Shown: positions 46,266 through 55,400 of the stretch, one piece after another | Numbering within the stretch: the stretch's first letter is position 1 | Layout: every line of letters begins with the position of its first letter | From: Candidatus Poriferihabitaceae bacterium | Lineage (GTDB): Bacteria > Pseudomonadota > Gammaproteobacteria > Arenicellales > Poriferihabitantaceae | NCBI GenBank assembly: GCA_965203365.1 | Contig: OZ241878.1 | Location: forward strand, 3,495,503-3,559,502 | Length of the DNA: 64,000 nucleotides | Direction: 5' to 3' | Program-made: the position numbers and the translations under genes | The notes under the pieces: generated by a model | Databases searched by the model: none | Told to the model about the DNA's origin: nothing | What the model saw: only the letters and a program-made list of their open reading frames with translations

Positions 46266-47512
46266 TGTGAGTCTCTTGAGTCGTGAACGAAATACAGCAG
46301 CAGTGGAATGGCGGCCAGCTTCAATGCACAGGGCACCAGCGCATAGGCGGTCGACAGCGCACGAGCGCCATCACCCTGAGGGATTCCCGGATCATAACCG
46401 GCCAAGGACAGCATGGGCAACGCGGTGCCCGCGGCGACCGCAAGGGCCGTCTTTTGCAGAAAGGTCCACAGGGAAAACACCTGTCCACCACCCCCTCGAA
46501 TCCGGGCGGCCAGGATGGCGGGGACCAAGGTCATATCGGCGCCCAGCGCGGCCCCCGAAGCGGCCGAAATCGCGTAGAACGCGATCACATCGCCCGGACC
46601 CAGCGCATAGGCCCAGACAAAAACCGGCACCGACAAGGTCATGCCGATGATCAGGGTGGTTTTGCAACCGATTCGATCAGCCAGGCGGACCCAGCCCGGG
46701 GCGGCCACCGCCGCTGAGGTGAAAAAAACCAGCAACAATGCCCCGGCATGTGCCGGCGCCATCAGGATATCCGACACGAAGAACAGGAACAACGTCGAGG
46801 TCACCGCCGTCGGCAGGACATTCACCACCCCAAAGCCCAGGACCGACGCGAGACCCGGTGCCCCCAAGGCCTGGATGAAGCCCCGCTCGGGAAAGGACTG
46901 GCCGGATGCCATCCAGCGCCCACGCATCCACCCCAGCGATAAAAAAGCCAACACCAGGAAGGCTACGGCATAGTACAGATAGGCGTGGGCCGGGCCCAAA
47001 GCCGATGCCAGGGCGGCCGGCGCAACGGCGGCGATACAGACACCGATGACGCCCCCCACTTCACGCCACAGTGCAATTTGTGTGTAGCCTTGGCCGGCTG
47101 CTTCCGCCTGGGCCAGACCATGGTCATACAAAACGATCTGCAACGCACTGAAGCCGGTAAAGGCCGCCAGCAGCCCCCCCATCAATCGGGGCAGCGGGGC
47201 CCCCCAGCTTGATGGAGCGAAGAGCAGCCCCAGACCGATGGCAAGCAGCAGGCCCGACCCCAGGACCCACAGTTCGCGATGAGTCTTCAGCCGATCAGCC
47301 AGCTGTCCGATGATGGGATCCTGAACGCTGTCGACCAAGCGGGCGAGCAGTAGCAGCCCGCCCAGGACCGAGAGACCGACTCCCATCTCTTGCGCATAAT
47401 AGTGCGGCACATGGATGTACAAGGGAAGTCCGGCAAAGGCGAGGATCGTCGCGACCGAGCCGGGAGGCAGCAAGTCACGTCGGGACAGGAGGTGAGTGTT
47501 GGGATCAGTCAT
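46262..47512 (-). CDS. MFS transporter (GPH-like)
   Basis: About 12 hydrophobic spans. I chose the ATG at 47512 (MTDPNTHLLSRRDLLP) because the longer ORF overlaps the upstream gene. Confidence 0.8.
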   Translation of the reverse strand: MTDPNTHLLSRRDLLPPGSVATILAFAGLPLYIHVPHYYAQEMGVGLSVLGGLLLLARLVDSVQDPIIGQLADRLKTHRELWVLGSGLLLAIGLGLLFAPSSWGAPLPRLMGGLLAAFTGFSALQIVLYDHGLAQAEAAGQGYTQIALWREVGGVIGVCIAAVAPAALASALGPAHAYLYYAVAFLVLAFLSLGWMRGRWMASGQSFPERGFIQALGAPGLASVLGFGVVNVLPTAVTSTLFLFFVSDILMAPAHAGALLLVFFTSAAVAAPGWVRLADRIGCKTTLIIGMTLSVPVFVWAYALGPGDVIAFYAISAASGAALGADMTLVPAILAARIRGGGGQVFSLWTFLQKTALAVAAGTALPMLSLAGYDPGIPQGDGARALSTAYALVPCALKLAAIPLLLYFVHDSRDSQ

Positions 47513-48026
47513 CACAACGGCCAGAGAGCAACTGCATGCGCTGGGTCGGTTTTCGGGTCTTGGGGCCGAGCCAGATGTCGAGAAAAAGGTCCGCATGATG
47601 AGTCAGGGTCCCGACGGCCACGCCGTTATGGTAGAGCTCGACTTGATTGGGACCTTCGCGCCAGGCGGTGTAATGGTCCCCCTTGGACACACTGCGCATG
47701 CCCTGTTCCAGCTGGATACGGGTTGAATCGAAGACGGTGGCGGGTTCGCCGGACATGCGGGCCATCTCGGCCAGCGAAACGGACACGAGCTCTTCCCGAC
47801 TGAAGCTTCGATGATACCGCAGTGTGAGGCCGAAGCGTTCGCCGGGGAGCGTGTCGGCGTCCGTCCACAGTTCCGCCCGATACAGGCTGAAGAACAAAAT
47901 CCGGTACTCGGCACAGCTGGCCGCGCGTTCTGTCGCCACCCGCTGTAGGAGTTCGGCGGGAACCGCGGCTCCCACACTGCTGGCGTGGAGCAATGTCCAC
48001 CAGACGGCGGCGACTCGACACATCAT
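47505..48026 (-). CDS. chalcone isomerase-like domain protein, secreted
   Basis: Signal-like N-terminus MMCRVAAVWWTLLHASSVGAA. FFSLYRAELW...LTLRYHRSFSREELV is typical of the bacterial CHI-like proteins found in this cluster type. The ATG at 48026 overlaps the upstream stop as ATGA. Confidence 0.65.
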   Translation of the reverse strand: MMCRVAAVWWTLLHASSVGAAVPAELLQRVATERAASCAEYRILFFSLYRAELWTDADTLPGERFGLTLRYHRSFSREELVSVSLAEMARMSGEPATVFDSTRIQLEQGMRSVSKGDHYTAWREGPNQVELYHNGVAVGTLTHHADLFLDIWLGPKTRKPTQRMQLLSGRCDD

Positions 48027-48787
48027 GACGTGATGCGACTGTTCGGCGGCGGGGGGTGAGGTCGATAACGCACGCCCTTGCACCGCAGACGCAGTGCCTG
48101 CCAGTGAATCAGGGCGGTGGTCCGCGCCGCACCCCAAGGCCGGCGCAGGAGGGCGCGAATCAGTTCCTGGTTGTTGAAAGGCCAACGGATGCCGACGATG
48201 GCCGTGTTCAGACCGCCACCGGTCCCGTCGTCGTAGATGATCCGCACCGCCACTCGGGTGTCATCCAGAAGAAACTGGAACCGATATTCGCCCTGCAGAT
48301 CAAAATAAGGAGAGACATGGAAACACTTGCTCAAGACCGTCCAGTGGTGTCGGCTGATGTCGGTTCCATCGACTCCGGTGCACAGATAGCCGTGCCGCTC
48401 GCCAAACGTATTGTGCACTTCCGCCAAGACGGCGCGCAACCGGCCATCGGAAGCCAGCATGAACCAGAAGCTGACTGGGTTGAAAGTGTAGCCCCAATAG
48501 CGGGGATGGGTGAGCAGCAGCACCTGTTCGATATCGTCGATACCCGCTGCGCATCCCAGGCGACGAACCCCTTCCGGGCCTTGGTACTCGGAAATGCCGT
48601 GATCGGACGGATGCAGGGATACCAGATTCGGTCGGCCGAAAGAAAACAGGCTGGGCCCCTCTTGACCTTCCAGAACCGCCTGATCCAGCAGGACATAGTC
48701 GATCCCGTAGACGAACCGGTTGGGCACCGGCACCCGCCGGTGGTGAATGACCTTGGCCCGGACGACTGAGGAGTTCATCAGTGCCAT
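48023..48787 (-). CDS. DUF1365 domain-containing protein
   Basis: VIHHRRVPVPNRFVYGIDYVLLD...LLTHPRYWGYTFNPVSFWF matches the DUF1365 pattern. The start is the ATG at 48787 or 48778; both overlap the upstream gene end. Confidence 0.8.
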   Translation of the reverse strand: MALMNSSVVRAKVIHHRRVPVPNRFVYGIDYVLLDQAVLEGQEGPSLFSFGRPNLVSLHPSDHGISEYQGPEGVRRLGCAAGIDDIEQVLLLTHPRYWGYTFNPVSFWFMLASDGRLRAVLAEVHNTFGERHGYLCTGVDGTDISRHHWTVLSKCFHVSPYFDLQGEYRFQFLLDDTRVAVRIIYDDGTGGGLNTAIVGIRWPFNNQELIRALLRRPWGAARTTALIHWQALRLRCKGVRYRPHPPPPNSRITS

Positions 48788-50061
48788 GGTGGCCTCACCC
48801 CAAGGTGCTGGGCCACCTGGACGGCGCTGGCCAGACCATCTTCGTGAAACCCCATCCCGGTCCAGGCTCCGCAATGCCAGGTATTCCGGTCACCCTGCAA
48901 GGAGGGCAACGCCGACTGAGCCGCGATGGTCCCGAAATCGTACTGGGGGTGGTCAAAGTCGTGTTCGTCCAGAATCTGTGCTTCATCAATCCGAGTCGGT
49001 GGATTGAGTGTCGCAAATACAGGATATTCAGGCGGGATCCCTTGCAGCGAGTTCAACCAATAGGTGACTGAGGCGCTGCCCTCGTCCGGCTTGGACGGCG
49101 CCAGATACACCCAGCTCGACCAGCAGGCCTTGCGTCGCGGCATCAGCCGTGAGTCGGTATGGACGACGAGTCGATTTCGTCGGAATGGGATCCCACCAAG
49201 AATCGACCGTTCCTGGGCACTGGCATCTTTCAGGATCGACCGGGTGACGTCCGCATGACAGGCGAAGATGACCTGATCAAACGGTCGGGGTGCCTGTCCC
49301 ACCACCTTGACTTTGACCCCACTGGGTCCGCGCGTGACCGCCTCCACCTCCGCTCCCAGCCTGACCTGTGCGTCCATGCTGTGCGCCATCTGGGTTACGT
49401 AATGCCGGGAACCACCCGTCACCGTCCACCACTGATGCTGGCCGGTCAGGGACAGTAGCCCATGGTTCTCGAAGAAACGGGCCAGTACCCCGGCCGGGAA
49501 ATCCTGCATCGTGGTTCGCGGGGTCGACCAGATCGCCCCGCTCATTGGCAACAGGTAATACTGCACGAACCATGTCCCCAAACGATGGCGGTCGATGAGT
49601 TCCCCCAGGGTCAGCCCGGAATCATGCTGTGATTCCCGTCGGGCCAGACGGTTGAACACCGCGATGTCTCGGAGCATGCGCCAAAAGGCCGGTCGGACCC
49701 CATTTCCTGGTTGCGCGAACAGGGCGCCGAGATGACGGCCCCCGTACTCGATCGAGCCATTGCCGACGGAGACGGCGAAGGACATATCACTGGGTTGTAC
49801 CGGCACCTGCAAATGCTCGAACAACCGACACAGATGGGGATAGTTCACCCGGTTGAAGACGATGAAGCCGGTATCCACCGACACGGGCCGGCCACGAATC
49901 ATGACCGTGATGGTTCGGGCATGGCCCCCCAACCGGTCGGCCGCTTCGAACAGTTCGATCTGGTGGGTACGGGACAACAACCACGCGACACCAAGCCCCG
50001 AAATCCCCGAGCCGATCACCGCAATGTGACTGCCAGCCCCCGTCTGTTGTCCCTGAATCAA
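48778..50061 (-). CDS. NAD(P)/FAD-dependent oxidoreductase (amine-oxidase/phytoene-desaturase-like)
   Basis: Rossmann dinucleotide motif IAVIGSGISGLGVAWLL...ELFEA. It is the first gene of the seven-gene cluster. Confidence 0.85.
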   Translation of the reverse strand: MIQGQQTGAGSHIAVIGSGISGLGVAWLLSRTHQIELFEAADRLGGHARTITVMIRGRPVSVDTGFIVFNRVNYPHLCRLFEHLQVPVQPSDMSFAVSVGNGSIEYGGRHLGALFAQPGNGVRPAFWRMLRDIAVFNRLARRESQHDSGLTLGELIDRHRLGTWFVQYYLLPMSGAIWSTPRTTMQDFPAGVLARFFENHGLLSLTGQHQWWTVTGGSRHYVTQMAHSMDAQVRLGAEVEAVTRGPSGVKVKVVGQAPRPFDQVIFACHADVTRSILKDASAQERSILGGIPFRRNRLVVHTDSRLMPRRKACWSSWVYLAPSKPDEGSASVTYWLNSLQGIPPEYPVFATLNPPTRIDEAQILDEHDFDHPQYDFGTIAAQSALPSLQGDRNTWHCGAWTGMGFHEDGLASAVQVAQHLGVRPPWH

Positions 50062-50172
50062 TGCGTTCGATTGCCGGTCAGTTGAATTCGTGCCGCCTCA
50101 TGCGGTGGGATTGGATGCTTATGGTCGATCAATGTGGCCTCGCGCCGTTCGTGAGATCAAGCCACGGGGCGC

Positions 50173-50200
50173 ATTATACTCCAGCCACCGATTCAGGTCA
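50173..50200 (-). promoter_or_regulatory. candidate sigma70 promoter for the lipid-modification cluster (TGACCT-16 nt-TATAAT on the minus strand)
   Basis: Perfect -10 hexamer about 110 nt upstream of the ATG at 50061. Confidence 0.3.
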
Positions 50201-50351
50201 GATCGATGGATTGAATTCTTTGCGCAGAAATGTCCCCTTTTCATGGCGCCGAAAATCCCATCTGTTCGCCAGCCGGGGTGTCAACAGGGGGTAGGGGAGG
50301 TTCCTTGGTTTCGGTCTCGGACCCCGGCGGATGATCTCAATGGAATGGCCG

Positions 50352-52424
50352 TTATTCGATCTGCACCGAGGCCCGAGCGGACAAGCCTTGGGCATCCACC
50401 ACCACCAGCGAGGCATAACCTCGTCCTGGATTGGGGATCGAGAATGTCCGTTGATGCTGACCGGTCAGGACCGGGGCCCCGTCCGCCAGCACCGAAAAAG
50501 GTCCGACGCCGCCGCGCAGTTTCATGATCAAGGGTTCGCCATGCGTCTCCAGGACGGCATGGTCTGGTGGAAACAGCAGATCCGGAGCCGACGGGTGGCG
50601 GACAAAAGCGGCCGCGCGGGATCGAAACCGCTGCAAGGGAGGAGGCAGTTGTGCCGTGCTCGCGAGCCGGATCTCCGGTGGGGGTGGGCGCAAGGGGAGG
50701 AATGTCGGTTTCAGGTGCCCAAAGGCTTCGACCAGCAGCGGCGCGGCAAGGGCTGCACCGAATGCTCCCGGAATCGGCGTCCCGTCCGCCCGACCCAGCC
50801 AGACGCCGATCACGTGCTGTCCGTCAAACCCCACGGCCCAGGCATCTCGGTGTCCATAGGACGTGCCGGTCTTATAGGCCAGCTGACTGGATGGGCCCCC
50901 GGGGGGCTGGCGGCCCGCCAGGATGTCGCCGACCTGCCAAGCGGCGGCGGACGACAAGATACGTGGGGTATGTCCGGAGGTCTCCAACGGACTGTGGTGC
51001 AGGACCGGGCCTTGTCCGCCAGCCGCCAGGGTGGCATACAACTGGACCAGACCCCGCAGGCTCACCCCGAGACCGCCCAGCGAGATCGCGAGTCCCGGCG
51101 GGCCGCTGGTGAGATGCGGATCGGCCCCGGCGGACTGCAGGGCGGCCCACACCCGCGTGGGGCCCAATTCGTGGGTCAGTTGGACCACCGGCGTGTTCAA
51201 CGACCATTGCAATGCGTCGCGAATCCTCACATCGCCCCGAAAGGTCCCGTCGAAATTCTTCGGCGCATAGTGCCCGAACTTCACCGGGCGGTCACTGATC
51301 AGGGTTTCGGGATGGACGAGTCCCTGGTCAAAAGCCAGCCCATATACCAGGGGCTTGAGGGCCGATCCGGGGGACCGAAGCGCTCGGGTCATGTCCACAA
51401 ACCCCTGACGGGCGTGTTGGTATCCGGCCGACCCGACGGATGCCAGGATCTCGCCACTATGATGGTCCGCGACCACCATCGCCCCTGAGACGCGCGACCC
51501 GGCGCGAGCCGCCGCTTGGGCGACCAGCGATTCCAACCGGGCCTGCAAGCCCCCATCCAGGGTCAAATCATGGGATGAGACATCAGGGCGCTGGTGACGC
51601 AGGTGGTCGGTCAGATGGGGGGCCAACCGGGGAAATGGCCGCATCTGCGCAGGAACCGCTTCGGTCAGGGCGCTGTGCACCTCCGGTTCCGACAATACCC
51701 CATAACGCTGCATTCGGTGCAAGACGCGGTCGCGGGCCTGTTGGGCGGCTTCGGGGTGCCGATCCGGTCGTCGGGTTTCGGGCGACTGCGGCAAGGCGAC
51801 GAGCAGTGCGATCTGAGCGGATGTCAGCCGCTTCGGGTCCTTGCCGAACCAGGCCCGAGCGCCGGCGCGGATCCCTTCGAGGCGGCCGCCATATGGGGCA
51901 TGGGTCAGATAAAGGCGCAGAATCTGCGCCTTGCTCAGTTGTCGTTCCAGCGCCAGTGCGACCCGGATCTGGCGCAGCTTGCCCTGCCATCGTCCCGTGG
52001 GCCCGTCTTCGATCAGTCGCGCGACCTGCATGGTCAGGGTGGACCCACCCGACACCCTGTGTCCGGTGAGGAGGGTTTGGGCCACGGCGCGGCCCATCGC
52101 TATCGGATCGACGCCAGCATGGGTCCAGAACCGCTTGTCTTCATAGCGGATCAGCATCTGGGTGAAGCGGGGGTCGACCTCGCCAGGCGACAGGCGCCAG
52201 AGCCCGTCTTCGACCGGGAAGGTGCGCAGCAACGCTCCATTTCGATCCTGCATCTCGACCGAGGTCTCTGCCAGCACCGGCGGCAGGACCGTGGCCTGGA
52301 TCCAGTCCTCGATCCATTCGCGGGCCAGTGCCGTCAGGCAGATCACTCCTGCCAGGGTCAGGACCACCTGATGCATCCTTGCCCAGCCGTCACCCAGGCC
52401 GCCGATCCGGGACGGAGTCATCAT
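50352..52424 (-). CDS. pbpC: penicillin-binding protein 1C (bifunctional transglycosylase/transpeptidase)
   Basis: Glycosyltransferase motif EDKRFWTHAGVD. Transpeptidase motifs SALK (SxxK), SLN (SxN) and KTGTS. The start overlaps the upstream alpha-2-macroglobulin stop. Confidence 0.9.
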   Translation of the reverse strand: MMTPSRIGGLGDGWARMHQVVLTLAGVICLTALAREWIEDWIQATVLPPVLAETSVEMQDRNGALLRTFPVEDGLWRLSPGEVDPRFTQMLIRYEDKRFWTHAGVDPIAMGRAVAQTLLTGHRVSGGSTLTMQVARLIEDGPTGRWQGKLRQIRVALALERQLSKAQILRLYLTHAPYGGRLEGIRAGARAWFGKDPKRLTSAQIALLVALPQSPETRRPDRHPEAAQQARDRVLHRMQRYGVLSEPEVHSALTEAVPAQMRPFPRLAPHLTDHLRHQRPDVSSHDLTLDGGLQARLESLVAQAAARAGSRVSGAMVVADHHSGEILASVGSAGYQHARQGFVDMTRALRSPGSALKPLVYGLAFDQGLVHPETLISDRPVKFGHYAPKNFDGTFRGDVRIRDALQWSLNTPVVQLTHELGPTRVWAALQSAGADPHLTSGPPGLAISLGGLGVSLRGLVQLYATLAAGGQGPVLHHSPLETSGHTPRILSSAAAWQVGDILAGRQPPGGPSSQLAYKTGTSYGHRDAWAVGFDGQHVIGVWLGRADGTPIPGAFGAALAAPLLVEAFGHLKPTFLPLRPPPPEIRLASTAQLPPPLQRFRSRAAAFVRHPSAPDLLFPPDHAVLETHGEPLIMKLRGGVGPFSVLADGAPVLTGQHQRTFSIPNPGRGYASLVVVDAQGLSARASVQIE

Positions 52425-55400
52425 CGGATGGTCACATGACTCGTTTCGGTATTGGCGCGGTTAAGAGGGCGGTACATATCTTCCACCGAGGCGGCCGGGT
52501 GGTGGAACTGCCCGGGACTGACCGCCCGCGCCACATAGGCCAATGTGATGGTTCTGACCATCTGGCTTTCGCTCCGTCGAGGGAGATCCACTGCGGCCAG
52601 GAATCGGTCCGAGCGAAACTCGGTATGGGTGGCTTTGGACAGGTCCAGCCATTTCAGCGATTGCACATCGCCCGAGCGCAGCAAGTGGGGGTTGTCGATC
52701 TCGATGCCAGCAGGCAGCGGATCATCCACCATCAGTCGAGCTCCCATGTCTTGATGCGGAGTGACCTCTAGAACAGTCACAAACCGGTCGCCGAGGAGGA
52801 AGTCGAAAGGGGCGAGCGGATCACCTTCCATGGAGTAGTACCGGCGTTCGATGATGTATCCGAAGCCTCTGGCGGGCGGTGCGATCTTGGGGATGCCGAT
52901 CACGGTCAGGACCCCATCAATGGATCGTCCCGGGTCTACCGTCAGGTTCAGCTCTTCGGGTTGTCCATCTTTCAGCGTCCGGACGAACTGTCCGGTCACC
53001 GGCCTACCATTCACGCGCAGGCCCGAGCTCACTGAATCTGAGATGAGTGCATGGGCCGCCAACAAGGTCCAGGTGAGTTCTTGCGGTGACCACCGTTCTG
53101 GGTGGTTGCTACTAACTTGCTGGATCAGTGCCTCGCGATCAATGGCCTCGGTGCCGGCTTCCAGGGCCAATGTCAGCAAGGCAGCGGCATCGCGCGGTTG
53201 GGTGCCGTAATCCGGGCGCCAGCTGTTGCGTTGATGCTGCTCTTGTTTCGCCAGCCTGTTCTCGGCCAGGCGGAACATGTGATCGGACCGAGTCCGATCT
53301 CCATATAGCGCCAGTGCTGCCCCCAGTTGGGCGGCGGCTAGCGGGGTACCAAAGGCCTCTCCCTTGGCGTCTGCGTAATAGCGTAGATCCCCCACCAGTG
53401 CGGCCCTTTCGCGGGCCAACACCAACAAGGCATAGGCGATTGTGTGCCCATCGAGATCAAATTCCGTTGCCGAATTGACCCGATTGCGCAGATTTTCCAT
53501 GGCCAAGGCAAAGGCATGATCCGGCACCGGGTGCCCCAGCGCCCGAGCGCGTGACAGGAAGTCAGTGACATAGGCGTCCAGCCAGAAATCCCCCCCCGCT
53601 GGGTACCACAAGCCAAAAGCACCGTTGCGGGACTGACGAGTCAGTATCCTCTGGATCGAGTCCTGAACGCGTTGCTTCACCTTGGGTTTGTCTCCCAGCC
53701 CCGAAGCCTGCGCCACTGAGGACAGGTACAGCAACGGCAGCGTCATGCTGGTGAGCTGTTCGGTACAGCCGTAGGGATAGCGATCAAGTTTGTGCAGCAG
53801 GCCGGCCGTGTTGAATTGGGCGAGCGGTCCGGCAGACAAGACGGCGCTGGCCGAGCGGGGGAGGAAATCCTCGAAGATATCTGAAGAGAATACGAAACGG
53901 TCTTCGTGGCTCAGGTTAAATCGCCGCGTTTGAGCCACCAAGGGGTCATTGGCCCGGACCGGCAGGCGGAAGCGGTGGGCAAGAATCTGGTCATCGGGCG
54001 TGGTAATGGTCACTTGGATTTCGGGATCGCCGAGCGCCTTGGCGCGGACCGGGACGCTGAAGACGGCCTTGCCACCGGATCTCAAGGCGAAACGGGTGGG
54101 TCTGATGCCCAGTTCCAGTTCGGATGGTACGGACAGATCAAGCCCCATGACGCCGACCGGTCCCGCAGTATGAACGATTTCCAGCAACATCCGGCTGCGA
54201 TCGCCCGGGGCCAGAAAACGCGGCAGGCTGGCAGTGACCACCACCGGGTCGCGGATGATCATGTCCGCCTCGGCTTGGCCAACGGCCTTGGATGACCAAG
54301 CCATGGCCATCAGACGCACGGTCCCATTGAAGGCGGGCAGGGCAATGTCGAGTTCGACCTCCCCTTGGGAACTCACCGGTATTGGACCCAGGAACACCGC
54401 CATCAGATCCTGCGTCGGGGGCGGCGACAGACGCCGCATTCCGTCATCGTTGTCGTCACCGCCAGATCGAATCGTTCCCATCGCGCCATTGCGGTTGTCG
54501 ATCAGACGGCCGTAGACATCGCGTAGATCCACCCCCAAGCGACGTTGCCCGAAGAAATGCCCTTGCGGGTCCGGGCTGGCGAACCCGGTCAGGTTCAAAA
54601 TGCCGACATCCACCATGGCCAGGGTCAGCCAGACCGGATCATCCGCCTGGGCGTGGTCGACCCGGATCCGGACCGATTGCGTCTGGCGGGGAATACTGAC
54701 CTCGGGGACATCAATCGTCACGTCCAGTTTCTGGTCAACGGGTTCCACCGTGGCATAGGCGACCCCCAGGGCGCGTGCCGGATTGCGTCCGGTCGACACC
54801 TCCATGGGACGGACCACGGTCGCGGTCACATACGCCCCCACCCCCCAATCCTGTGTGACCTGGAGAGGGATCACGGTCTCTCCCTGGGGGACTTCAATCA
54901 TCTGGCGGTGGATCAGCCGATCGGACAGTACCTCGATTTGCGCTCCACCGGCGATATGCGAGACGATCCGCAACTGAGCGGTGTCGCCCGGATGATAGTG
55001 GTCGCGATCCAGCGAGATGTCCAGACCATCCGGCGTGGTCGAGGTGTCGGCAGCTTGGTACCAGCCCGATTGGAAGTCGATGGCCGACTCGGCATAGGTC
55101 CGGTCAATGCGTTGCACCACCAGCTCATAGTGACCCCAGTCGACCGGTGGGTTCAGCTTCAGCGGCGCCGAGGTAAAGTCCAACTCCCCCGAAGCCACCG
55201 GTGTCCGATGCTGGGTGGGCTCCCAATTCCACTCCCAACGGTTGGAGAGGCGATACCACTGATACCGGGTCTTGATCCGGTTCAACGTCCAGCGCAGTCG
55301 CATTGGACTGGGAGTCAGGTCGGGGGACAAGCCAATTATCTCGAATGCCGCCTCCGTCCCCCTGGGGATCACACCCTCAAACAGGGGATTGATCCCAATC

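Noticed and set aside
50331-51488. 385-aa plus-strand ORF (and 51594-52439, 54545-55411) inside the pbpC and alpha-2-macroglobulin region
   Set aside because: They are antisense to genes with clear PBP and thioester motifs. The products are Arg/Gly/Pro-rich with no recognisable domains.
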